A model generated the notes under the pieces. The model saw only the letters and a program-made list of their open reading frames with translations. It made no database searches and was not told where the DNA came from. A stretch of 49,500 nt of DNA, counting the filler, from Sphacelaria rigidula (Eukaryota): assembly GCA_964200075.2 (NCBI GenBank). It is 3 parts of 3 records of this genome, joined end to end, with 100 filler letters (N's around TTAATTAATTAA, not from the genome) between each part and the next. Parts side by side here need not be neighbours in the genome. Positions count along the whole stretch, not along the records: positions 16,536 to 32,968 come from CAXNAA020001364.1; positions 33,069 to 49,500 come from CAXNAA020001365.1; 1 more part is not named here. One strand, written 5' to 3'. Of the stretch, positions 22,906 to 35,264 are shown one piece after another; position 1 is the stretch's first letter; each line of letters starts with the position of its first letter. The translations under genes were made by a program, and so were the position numbers.

Positions 22906-23494
22906 TCCGTCAGCAGTACATATTTCCACTGGATGCGTCAGTGGTGGGCATGTAAATTCTCGACTTGGCTTTGGTGTGGGCTCTGAAACCCGGATCTTCA
23001 ACGGCGTTGCGTTCCTATCCCGCGCAGAACGTCTTTTTCGTCTGAATCGGCGTAAGGTCTGGCAACGCACTCTTTACTCTGTGCCCAGGGAACACTGTGC
23101 ACTCCGCACACCCCTTTCACAAAGGTTCTCGGCACGCCTTCGTTGGGGTGAGGGTTAGAGTTGGAGTTAGGGTATTACAGTTGTTATACGAAATCATAAT
23201 TTCCGATAATGTTCCTCCATTCTCACCAAGGAGTAAACAAACCTCATTGTATGGTATAGGTCAGCGGTACAATTTTTGATAGAGTGATTTACACGGTTTG
23301 AACTCAGCGATACCTTTTTCTTCCAATGGTTGAGTTACACGGTAGAACTCGACAGTACCCCTATCATACTGCTTTGAATAATACGATAAGGTATACCTCA
23401 GCGGAAACTCAGCGGTGTTACTCAACTTTTTTCCATTGCATGAGACATACCACGTGACCGAGTATAGGCCATGTCTCCTCAAGCTATATCCGAC

Positions 23495-23636
23495 TCGAAA
23501 GCGTACGGTGGAATCGAATTTGCTCGTACCTTATACGTCCACAGCATTCATGTTCTCATGCTCTCAACCATCTGAGGAAATGAATAACGTGGACCAATCA
23601 GAAACGAGAGAATTCGATTCCACCGCACGTTTTCGA
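23495..23636. mobile_element. MITE, short form of the 18385-18745 family
   Basis: TCGAAAGCGTACGGTGGAATCGAATT / AATTCGATTCCACCGCACGTTTTCGA. Confidence 0.65.
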
Positions 23637-26600
23637 CACCCAAACAATTTGTTGAGACCCGGCCTTTGTCATGAGTCGCCCGACGAGTGAAAAACGATCA
23701 CACCACCTTTTTAAATGAAGAAAAGAAAAAACAATCCTTTGCTCTCCACAGAAACGGCGAAGCCGCACAACGAACCAGGAAGCCGAACGGAAAAGCTGAA
23801 AAGAGCATCCGTCAACGAGAAATCATGACTCGAAGACCCCACAATCGCGCAAGTTTATTTTAGCGCCGATGGGGTACATCTGTTACCGCTGTTCTTGGCG
23901 CGAAAAAGCACCCACGATCAACACCTGATTGAGCCAACAAAATTCATCAGCGTCCGCACCACATACTTTCAACTATTATAAAAAAAAAAAACAGAGTGAC
24001 GACACCTTTTGATCCACCGCAGAATAGCTGCGCGGTCCACTTTCCACATAACCTCACTCGTACTACTTATTGAATTGCACCCCCTCTTCCACACACCCTC
24101 CCCATACTCCCCTTCTGAGGGTTGGCGTCGGTTGGCAACGACAACGTACAACACGCCTTTCACTGCGTAAGCTAGGCAACCAGGTTACCGTCTTCACTTT
24201 TCGCTTGCGTTTCTGTCGCGGTGAACATGATGGTGGTCGAGTAATATCATCTTGTGTGGAGTGGAGAACCTCAACTCCGCGTTAAGGAGATGATCATACG
24301 ACGTAGTGTTCAAATGGTGAGACACCCGTGATATAGCGTGTAAGCCGTGGCTGTCTCTGGAAGTCGCGATACAAGAAAATGAATCAACTCCCTTGTAGGC
24401 TGTCCTCAGTACGCAAGATAACTGGAACGCTAAATCTTTTGGTAAAATGCAACCCACCCTTCATACCACTCGACGCAACATAACGGGGCTTCGCGATTGG
24501 TGACTGCGAGCCTGGTCCGGCAGAAATTCAGCGTGCTCCGTCTAGGCTTAGCAGGGATGCGGGGTCAACGGCGTTATGACTACGGCATACACAGTCATGA
24601 CTACTCCCCCCCCCCCCTCCCCGTGCCCCGACCAATCTACAGCCCCTCTACAAACAACGCGCCGGCCATCCCCTCCGGACACACGTCGCCAGACAGCGGC
24701 CCAAAGACTGAAAAATTCTGGCATCTCCATCTGGGCATAACAACCTACACTCCATGCAGCACAGTAGAGCACCAGAGACCACCGACCACCTCCCCCCAAA
24801 AAACATACACACGCCTAATAACACCCTCATGCTCACCTGTTGTGCACTCTCAGCTGTTGGGCCGCAGCGACCACGCGAGAGAGCTGCCCAGTTCTCTCCG
24901 AGAACTTCCGGAAGCTCGAACAGGTAGACACCTCAAGCCTCTCTCGCGCTTCGTACCCAGGCGACACGACTCTGGCTCACGCCCTGGAAACCAGCGTATT
25001 TGGCAACTAACTATACCTCCAACCCTGGAACGATTAAACACGGTACCAACTCCTCCGTGTGTAGCTCAGACGGCTCACTACCGGAGCAATTTTGGCGTCT
25101 GCTGTCCGCCCTGATGATGTTGTCCGAACACAACCGCACAGATTTATCTCCTCTGTTGGCGTTTATTTGCTGCTTCCAGCGTTGCCGTCTTTTTCGATGG
25201 CCCGGATGAAAATATAGCGGACGCCACGACGCTGGTACAGAGAGCCCGGCCGAAATGTAGCGATTTTGCAAAAAAAACAGCGGTACACACCACGCGTGAA
25301 GCCCCTCCGCCGATGAACTAAAGGGGAACTGTAAAAAAACGAAAAAAACACGGGAGTGGAAACTTGACAAAACGAGTTCACACGCGCGCGGGAGACTAAC
25401 CGCAGAAACTTTCTCCTGTGCCCCCAAACGGTACGGCTACACGGTTTTGAAGAGGTTGTGGTGCCGGTGGATGCACTTCTCGAAGCACGGTCGGCACACA
25501 GACGTGACCGACGCTGTTCAGTACACAGCGGCAGCAGCAACAGCAGCAGCAACCGCTCTATTGACAAGCAGTCGAATAGCTAAGCAGGGTAGGGAGATGC
25601 GTTCTCTCCAAGAGCTCGTCGCTCCGCGATCCAAGAACGGGCGACTGGATGTTCCCCCCAGCGGAGTGAGGGATCAAACTTCTGCAAAAGATTGTCCGCG
25701 GCCTCCTGCCACTCTCCCTGTTGCCGTCGCTTTCGTATACAGATTGCGGTTGAGTCGGCAATACCACAACCCCCTGCACTACTCCAGAGATGTAGTGTCC
25801 GCTGAAATCACCGTAGAAGAGGCGAAGCCCCAAAGCAGCTGCTTGTTTCCAACTCTCACACAGCTCCGTCCGCTCGGGCAAAGAAACGCAAACTGGGCGA
25901 CTCTGTTGAGGATGATGGGTGGGTCATCAACGATGTCCGTGAGGGAGAAAGCGCAGAAAAGAAGTAAAGAAGGTTGGGAGTATGCGTTGCGTTCCGGATA
26001 GCAAGCGGAAGGGAAAGACACGCACGCACGCACACACAGGTGGGGGTGAAACCGATGAGACGAGAAAATATCGTGAAGAGCTCAATCGTTTTGTGTCTTG
26101 CCATAGCAGTCACTGCGGTCTTGCGTCTGTTTCGCGGCCACTGGTGCTGCCCTGTACTGTCTTGTGGATTTCAACAGTCTTGTCGAACAACTCAAGAACC
26201 CCCCTGCTATGCAGCAGCACTGAAGCGGAGTACAGTGCAGTACAACAGCGCGATGACGTGAAATACCGTCATCCGACCACGAAGGAACGAAAGCTACGCG
26301 AAACGTCCACACAGCTACCAGCCAACGGACCGCAGGGACCACACGCTAGATCCCCTGTAGTACAACAAGCGCCCTGCGTAGACAAAGAAGGGTGAAATTC
26401 GGGACACGAGAGATCTAGCTATAGCCACGCAACAAACACGGCCTACAGCAGCTGCAGAGTACAAACAATCAGTATTACACTATAATGTAGGCCAGAAGGA
26501 GACAGGACCGGACACGATGCTTTACTTTTTGTTACACAACCGCAACGAAGGTTCTATTCGTAAAACCTACTCTTGAAAAAAAAGGAGTACAAGAGTCCTA

Positions 26601-28749
26601 CCCTCGCCTGTTCAGAGACACATGGCAACCGCCGTGGTCGTGGTGGCCAGCTCCGCGAAGCCACCTGCTCCCACGCCCACCACGCACCCCCCACCCATAA
26701 TCCCCCTCCTCGTGGGGCTCCGGCCGTCCTAATCGAGTACGAAGATCACGGTAGCCACCCTGCGCATGGGCCCGTCTTCGGCTGATTTGAGCCCCTGCCT
26801 GGAAAGCGCCTGCGGAGGAAGAGAAGATAATCTGCAGGGTCAGTGGCAGTAGGGTCAACGACCTAGCTTGATGGGAAACGAGCCGGGGTGCAGGGCGAAT
26901 CCTCACGGGGGGATAAGCAGAGCCCGGGTTGTTTCGCTGAGCATACTACAATCTTCTTGTGTGCGGTTGTATTTTTTAGGTATACTATACTACTGTTGTG
27001 CCGGTAGGCGAGCAAACCATGGAGCAGCATGATTTTTCCAAGCCCTTGGATCATTTATATCGGTTGCGCTTGAGCAACAAACACACGAGAAGCACGCCCA
27101 ACCCCGATGTACAGAACAGCCGAGTACAAAAAAGCGAATAAGGTCTGATAAGAGTTTACTCATCCACCAAGACAGAAATACGTCGAAGCTATGGTTTCAG
27201 TTTTGAGAAAGGATTCGCGTCCAAGAACGACTCTCCCGCTGTGCGTGCGCTTTCCCCTGCGTGCCACTGTCTGCACATTGGGGGTCGGTCGAACACAGAC
27301 AGCAGCAGGGGGAGCGTGAGACAGTCTCCCGATTTTTATGTGCTGTACAGGCAGAACCGATACATAACACAGGACAGGAACACGTATGTATGTAGTACGA
27401 GTCCATCACGCACTCACTTGTTGAGCCGAAAGTTGGTCGAAACTCGGGAGAAGCAATGCCGCTGAGTAGCGAGAGAGCGTCGTCGAGAGGATTTTGTCGT
27501 TGTTGATGATGGGTCGCCCACTTACAAGGTTGGTCCTCCAGCTAATATAGCATGCGGCTGGGGCGTTGCCGCACCCTTGGAAAATCCCTCGCGGTGAGAC
27601 GACAGACGAATGTAAGCCGAGTGCGCAGACAGCAGGCACACAACCAAAATGCTCGTCTATACTTCCAGCCACGCTGCTGGCCCAAAAAACGATGCAGCCC
27701 TTTGGTGCTCGGATGCCAACGAGAACGCGAACCACGGACCTCTGATTTCCCACGTAGACGCTGACTGTTCCAACGTCTTGGTAAAGGATGGTGTGCTTGC
27801 CGGGCTCCCCTGTACTCCCACCCCAGCCGCTACTGTCAACTGCAGCACCTCTCGCGTCCCGTCGTTACGATTCGCACTCAAAAGGTTCAGGACAAGCTGA
27901 AGCTTGCTAGTCCCCCAGGTCCGTCGCTTTCCTCCTTCAGCCAGGCCAATACGCGCCGCTCGTTCTCCTGCTTCACGGAGCACCGCCCCAGTCACTCTCT
28001 GTATGCCTCTCTCTCTCTCCGAAAGGAAAATCTGATCAAAATCCTGCCGCTATAGCACACGCCTGTCCTGAGGCACTACACCGCCCCGGTGTCCTCGTCT
28101 CCTCTTCTCCCAATAAAGAAAAACACACGAAACAAAACTAACAGACAGAGCGTACCCCCGACCCACGCGATGATAAAAGGTCAAACAAACGCAAGCCCTA
28201 CAAATGCCAAGCCCCGTCACAGGCGGCGATCTATGGTATACAGCGTGGACGCACGTAGAGGATGACTATAACGCACGCCCGGGGTGAACCATACGCTGTC
28301 TGTTCTGCTGCCTCCGTGTGTTTAGACGCCCCGGAGTTCCGTTTTTCGTGGCCTGCGTTTTCGTTGAGGGTACAGAGCTCGAAAATTGAGATGACGATTG
28401 ATTATTGATGTTAGGGGATTACTTGTTTTCTAAATGTATGATATGGCTTTTCTATGCCTCTCCATATCGACGTACGTGAAATGAGGTTCACACAACTCAA
28501 CGAGCGCAGTATATTTTATATTTTAGCGTATCCTATTATTCTCATCGTTCGATATCATCTATAAGACGACAACACGCACCAACACCAGTAAAGATACTCG
28601 AGCAAATACCTCACAGCCAGCAGACAGTCGCAAGCGACATAGAAATCGAGGAAGAGATACGTACAGGTGCAGACCAAGTATGATGACATCGTCAACCACA
28701 ACAGAGGGAGACATGATAACACTGACAAGCCTGGAAAGCACAAATTTTC

Positions 28750-29171
28750 CGGGGAGGGATACGTGACACACGTGACACATTTGAAAAAAACGGGAAAAAA
28801 CGTAACTTTGGGCCATCAAACTCTACGTAAGGTTTGATTTTTTGGACGGGACAAATGCAATCTAACGTGATGCAACATGTTGTGGACCTTGAAGCAGTGT
28901 CTCTTGGTGTTTTCCAGACGAAAAAAAGGCGGTTTACGTGAATTTTCAACGTGACACGTGACACGTTACATATTCACGAAAACAAGCAAAGTTTTCGTCA
29001 CATTCGGAAAAGACGCATTGTTAGGGTTCATGCAAAGGATCACAGGTTACATCAAGTTACGTTACATATGTCGCATCCAATAAATCAAATCATATGTAGC
29101 GTTAAATGACCCAAAGTTACGTGTTTTCGAGTGTGTCACGTAAAACGTCGCGTGTCACATATCCCTCCCTG
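28750..29171. mobile_element. hAT-like MITE
   Basis: TIR CGGGGAGGGATACGTGACAC / GTGTCACATATCCCTCCCTG. 8-bp flanks AAATTTTC / AACATTTC (6/8, decayed TSD). Many internal GTGACAC/GTTAC motifs. Confidence 0.75.
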
Positions 29172-29437
29172 AACATTTCGAACAAGCTCTCGCTAAGAAA
29201 TTGCGGTATATGATCTCAGCCATCGACGAAACAAATACCTTTGTTTGAAAGGGGCGCAGGGTACAATTTTGCAGTAGGTGTGTTGTACAGCACTACTGCA
29301 AAATACTGCCGTTTACATCATGTACGTAGATGCGCTGTACATGTGATCACCGCGGGTATGAGGAATCAATACAACTAGCGAATATCAACAACCAAGATCA
29401 CGATCGCTGCAAACCCGTACAGCACAGCTTGCTCCCT

Positions 29438-29582
29438 ATGATCCATATCTATGGAAGTAGAGGCGCCTTGCGCACCACCGGCAAGCCTCTAGTTACTATT
29501 GTAGCAGCGGGATTCATGTTCGGCGTACTTGTGCGGCGAGGATCAGCTTTCATGGCTACCACCCCGGTCGTTCATGGGCAAG
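29438..29582 (+). CDS. Probable plastid-targeted protein, exon 1 (bipartite presequence)
   Basis: MIHIYG...PLVTIVAAGFMFGVLVRRGSAF|MATTP: hydrophobic signal + ASAF-like cleavage motif. Phase-1 donor CAAG|GTACAT is compatible with the acceptor at 32521. Confidence 0.55.
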
Positions 29583-30088
29583 GTACATCCAATATGTTGT
29601 CTGTACGTTATTGTAGGACGGCTACAACAGTCGGCAACAGGTAGGCGAGGAAGCGGGGCGCTAGGCGCAGTCCAGTAAGATGGTGTAGTGTGCATGCTGT
29701 TGAATGGATGGCCAATTCTATAGTTGTACACGAGACAGTTGTCTCTCCTCGGCACTACACATTGTGAACCTTTACAGACAGTACCACATCCAGTGTAGTA
29801 CAGGGAAAGCAATTGGTTGACGTAGCCACTTCAACTAAATCAAGTGATTATCCCGTCGCCACATCTGCTGGGATAGGCGACAGCAGTGTAGTCATCGTCC
29901 CCTATATGCACCCAAGAGTTCAAAAACAAGCCACTTACGAATCATGCTGCAACAGGGGGAGGGGGAAATTTGTACCGGTTCTTCCACGAAATTTCACTTG
30001 AAAATCGTCGTTGAAAGCAGCAACGGTTGCTCGAACGCGCTTGTTACCGATAAATAACGCTCATTCATCATGCTTGACACGTTTTTAT

Positions 30089-31522
30089 AAGGGATGTGAA
30101 CTGAACCAGTTTATACGGTCGATTAAACGGGAACTGGAGTTAAACTGGAACGGGCGACGAGGGCGCCAATATATCCAGTTTATTGAGGTTTGCCGTTAAC
30201 GGCTATTGTTGTAGTAATTTCAGTATGGCGATTTTATGACAAATACGTTTACATCATTATATACAATTTGTAGGGCTGTGAACGGACCAGTTTATACTTT
30301 CGATTAAACTAGAACTCGAGTTGAACTGAAACTGGCCATGAGGGTGCCAGTTTATCCAGTTTATTGAGGTTTGCCGTTACCGGCTATTATATACCAATTT
30401 TAGTATAGTGAGTTTATGTTGACAAAGATGCTCGCACCATCATATATTCGATTTAATTACATAATTGAGGCCTGTACTTCGCAGTCGCAGAGGAATATGG
30501 GGACATCGATTGAGACGGAGGGCACATCGAAGGCGCCGACGGAAAAATTTCGCGCCAACGACCCGTGAAGCAGCGGTGCACAGCTTGATGCTCCGTGTTC
30601 CGAGTTTCGGTCGACTTGTATACAGCATAGGTCTGGCGTTCTGTGGTTGTACCATTGCACACGAAGAACGGGTTTGCCCTGGGCCACTCACTAGCTGACC
30701 GCTTCAGGTGTCTTGTGCTTTTTTTTGTCCCGTCTGCTTCGTTGGAACGTCATGGTTCTGTAGCTTTTCGTTTTTTTGCAGCCGTAGCATGAAGGTCGAT
30801 GGCTGGTCGGTCGAATGCTGAAAATGAAGCAAAGAAAAAGGGAGGTTGTGACTTATGTACGGCGGGACGCTTAATGCGAAACTGCCGAACGCCATACCCC
30901 AGTAGCCAATTTGCTAATTGCATTATGAAGAGTATTTTGGACATGATGCAGCGCATGCTCACTACATCTTGAAGTGATGAAGCGGATATATGTCGGGGTT
31001 TGTCGTTTTATTGCATGACATCCGAACACAACTGTAACGAACGGTAACCCGCGACCACAAAATACAAAATACACCATGGCTTTGCTATTCAACTACATGC
31101 GTGTTTGTCGGCTCGGACGTGAATAACGTTACGCTCTTATCCCCATGTGCTGCCAGCTTTGGCGTCCTTGTTCCCATCCTCCACTCCTCACGAAGAGGCT
31201 CTGCTGCTGCATGATACAGGTGACTGATTTTAGAATCGCTCACCGCTTTGAATGGGATTTTGTTTCATCTAAGCCTCGTAGCTCCCTACCATGAGGGTTA
31301 CATTTTTCACAACAACGCACACTTTTGAAGGGAAAACGAGCCAAGTATCGCAATTTCCCTTTCCTCCGGCGGCGCTCCCACGAGGCCTCCTCACGAGCCG
31401 GGGGGGGGGGGGGGGGGGGGGGGGTTGGGGGGGGGGGGTTTTTGGTGGTGGTGGGGGGAGAAAGTTTGGGTGGGGGGGGGGGGGGGGNNNNNNNNNNCCC
31501 CCCCCCCCCGCGCGGGGGGGCG

Positions 31523-31557
<35 letters not shown>

Positions 31558-31664
31558 CGTTAGGGCTCGGGGATTTGCCGATTAATTGGGGGAAAAATGA
31601 TGTGCTGGCCGATGGCGCGGCCAGTTTTAACTCAACTGGCCAGAGCTACCACGTCACAGTCCTA
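30089..31664. mobile_element. Non-autonomous hAT element with duplicated left end, inside the intron
   Basis: Ends AAGGGATGTGA (30089; duplicate TAGGGCTGTGA at 30271) and TCACAGTCCTA (31664). 8-bp TSD GTTTTTAT / GTTTTTAC. The ~160-bp left end is present twice. Contains a low-quality poly-G/N patch at 31398-31560. Confidence 0.7.
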
Positions 31665-31970
31665 GTTTTTACCCGAAGACGATCGCTATACTTGGAGATG
31701 GATGGTGGCCATAGACGACGAAGCAGGCGATTTCTTGACATACACTTGTGGGAATTTATCTTTCCTCTTTACACTTGTGACATTTGAGGAAAGATAAATT
31801 CACACGCTAAACAAATGTCCGCACACGGGTCACAATCATCAAGGGGCTTCGCGGATTACGGTACTCCGTGAACATGAGGGAATTGTTGCAGCAGGATTTG
31901 TATCAGCTCTGCTATGAGGTCAAACCACGAAAACACGCGAAGCGCTTCCATAGACATCCCGCCGTGGTCT

Positions 31971-32007
<37 letters not shown>

Positions 32008-32521
32008 CAAGAACAATCGATGTTTTCGAGTGTTGAGTTGTTTCGAGCATTCCATTCATCTCGTCTGCTTGGCAATTTTCTGGCCAAAGGCGGAGATCTC
32101 GATATCGGGCGATACTCAAGTAGTGCGAGTACAACACACTTGAGTTCAAGATTCGGACTGGTGTGTCGCAGGGCCAACCTGGCACCCACAACTCAAACGA
32201 GCTGCTAGCATGGGATCCCGATGTAATGTCATCGAAGCCGAACATGTATCATAAACACCAAGATATATGTACGTCGGCATCAGCCCTGTGCTTACTGTAT
32301 GACAAGAGTCAAATTATGTGTCTTCTCAGACTCGGTAGTAAAACGGGAGTCCCACGACCGCACTGTTTGTGGTTGCTGTTTGCTGTTTTTGCTGTGTTTT
32401 GTACTCCTAATTTTTATGTTCGAGTCATGATCCAGCAGTGTGCATCCGCTCTCGTATGTCGGCCCGTCTTGATCGGTTCGTTTGTGCGTTTTTTTCTTTG
32501 CTTTTTTATTTTGTTTTCAAG

Positions 32522-32864
32522 GAACGGTTTCGAGATTTTCCAGAGCGGTAACCAAGCGACGCACCCGGTCGATTACCGTTGGACTTTCGCCCAGCACACC
32601 ATCGCCGTCTTCCGCAGCAGCGTTTACTTCGTTATCGTCTACAACGGAAGAGGGTAGTAGGGCCCTCGAGTCCGGCGGTACTATCGGCGCTGCTGCTGCT
32701 GCTGCTGCTGCTGCTTCTGATGGAGTTATTGGTGACGGTAGTGGTGATAGGAGCGATGCAGGAAGTCGATCGGCAATGGTGATGCGGGACGCTGCGTTCG
32801 AGAAACAGGAGAGGAAGAGGAAGAGGCTGGAGGCTCGTATTGCCAGGAAAAACAACGTGGGCAG
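32522..32864 (+). CDS. Probable plastid-targeted protein, exon 2
   Basis: Strong T-rich acceptor TTTTCAAG|. Ser/Thr/Arg-rich transit-like start (TVSRFSRAVTKRRTRS), poly-Ala, basic helix RKRKRLEARIARKNNVG, donor CAG|GTGACA. Gene continues beyond the contig. Confidence 0.65.
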
Positions 32865-32968
32865 GTGACATGTTTTTCACTTTTTTTTTTTTCCTTCGAC
32901 AATGACAAGTACGACGACGGTTGGGTCTTGCTTTTACGGTAGCCCCCCCCCCAAAAAAAAACAGTCCA

Positions 32969-33068
32969 NNNNNNNNNNNNNNNNNNNNNNNNNNNNNNNN
33001 NNNNNNNNNNNNTTAATTAATTAANNNNNNNNNNNNNNNNNNNNNNNNNNNNNNNNNNNNNNNNNNNN
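32969..33068. other. Artificial contig linker (N44-TTAATTAATTAA-N44)
   Basis: Identical to 16436-16535. Confidence 0.97.
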
Positions 33069-33768
33069 CCATCCCCGACAAAGCGCATGAATGGTACGAC
33101 GCTGCTTGGTTTCAAACCCAACAAGGGGAAGGGGGGGGGGGGTATTTGCTTCCACGAAAAAATGGGCTCACAGGTGTGTCAGACGATCTTACACACTCGC
33201 GGTGTACTGGTCTTCATGTAAAAACGGAGTTAATCGGTATTAATGAGCGTTATCTATAACAACCACTCTTGAACAATTGTTGCTGCTTTCAACGAAGATT
33301 TGAAGTAGAATTTCGTGGAAGAAATCGCCTTACCCCCCCCATCGTAGCATGACTCATTTTCGCGAAATTAATGTGAAACACGAAAGTATAGGCGGAGATT
33401 CCAACGCCCCATTTCATCCGAGTGGAGGAGGAACAAAATCTGTGTTTTGGCTGCCGGGAAATGCTGTCGGCATGGCCACTTTTGGGACCGCCTGAGGAAC
33501 ATACATGCACACGTGAGAGGGGCATTTGCAAACGCGGATTGTCTGAACAGCCTCCGAAATTTTCAACGGACACAAGAGATCATTGTTAACCACGACCTAG
33601 TAAAGACGAGGAAGCATTACCATTTTTTCAGAAACACGTACAATGCGCGGAAACGCACGGAAACACGGAAAATCACACGGTCATAACCTTACCCACAAAC
33701 GCGTGGTGGCGTGGTCTCAGAAATACACCCCCTCACACGTCCACACACAAACACATGTTCGTCAGTCT

Positions 33769-34699
33769 TCATGTCTTGGAATCGTGCACAAGCCCCGCGA
33801 GATCCATCCCACGCTCCGTCTCATACATCAACGAGGCACTGCACCGCCTCATACCCAGCCCGTTTTCACCATCTACCCTACCCATACAATTACCAAAACG
33901 TTCCGCGCTACTATTACCGTCGCCACCACGATCGTCGAAATCGTCTACTCGTGCCCGCAACCCCGCTCGCCGCACGAGCTCGTTTATCTCGTGGACGATC
34001 GCATCGCGCTCTTCCACGCTCGCCGCCTCAAACCTCAAACTCTCTCTTTGCTTGATATTGGCGCCCGCAGAAGCAGGAGAAGGGGCAGTAAACCCACCGC
34101 CTCGTCGCTGAGCCGTTGACCCTTCTGCCCCACCCAACCCTCCCCGCCATTTTCCGGGTTGTTTGCCCTTTTTGCCCCAACTGAGGCGGCGGGCTTTCAC
34201 CCAGTCTGCCGGGGCCATCCCCGAGAGGTTCCAACCTCGTGTTACCGTTGTTACTGCTGTCGTTGCTGTTGTCCCCGAGGACGGAGGAAGTGCTACTTGT
34301 GTTGTTTCGTTGGAGATGCTATCGCCAATTTGTTGTTGTTCTATATGTCGTTGTTGATGTTGTTGATGTAGAGTAGGTTGTTCATTTCGGTTTTCGTCAC
34401 CACCGCCCAATTGCTCTGTTGCTACGGACTCTTCTTTTCCTTCCGTTTTGCCGTCCGTTGCGGCGGACAATTCCCTTCCCCGCTGGAGATCCTCCTCATG
34501 CTCGTCCTCAACCCCATGGTCGGTCGGCGCGCTGTCGGCGCCCGTAGGATATGGTGGATAGGTGCGAGCTAGAAGGAAGCAGCACTCGGAGTGATCTGTC
34601 GTGCGCTGTTGTTGTGGCCGGTGGTTATCCTCGCGCAAGCCCTTTGTGGCACACAGCTCGGCTAATGGCAACCGAGCAGTGGGCTTTGAATTGCTGACC
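33769..34699 (-). CDS. Coiled-coil/PH-domain protein, terminal exon
   Basis: Acceptor TTCTTCTTCGAACAG|G is phase-2 compatible with the previous exon. Encodes the PH continuation ARLPLAEL and the PH C-terminal strand/helix ESLRFEAASVEERDAIVHEINELV. Confidence 0.7.
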
Positions 34700-35264
34700 C
34701 TGTTCGAAGAAGAAATTGAAAATATCGACAGAATGAGGGCGCCAAGGGGTACTTGCGGACGGCACCAGATGGTGGTGTTGGTGTGTGTATGTGTGTATGT
34801 GTGTATGTGCGTGTTTGTTTGAACGTATGCGGGGAGAGCAGGTCGTAGAAATGTGCGTTTTGGAACTAACACCATAAGTACGTGTATTTCAAAGTAAAAC
34901 GATTTACCACGTTGCGGTAGTATCGATCGCTTCCAACCTGAAAACATTTCACAGGCACGTTTATCGTCTCTCACATGTCCTATTTGGTGCAAAGGAAAAC
35001 ACGAACGGAATTAACATTACTTATCGGACATTCAGGATATACCCTATACTGTCTACTAACCGGCTACGACCGAAGCTTCCGCCGTGGGCACGTTATGCGA
35101 TAGTTATGCTCACCAAAAAATTCAGCACACCGTAGTATCTACTCCGAAACCCCACGTGATTAAACACGGGGGTAATGATGGGATCATTTTCCAACTATCT
35201 CAATCAACTACTGTTCGGTGACCCCACTATCTATAAACTCTAACGTCACTACCCTCGTACCCAC

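Noticed and set aside
31398..31560. Gly-rich ORFs / G-quadruplex
   Set aside because: Poly-G/C around an N gap; low-quality sequence.
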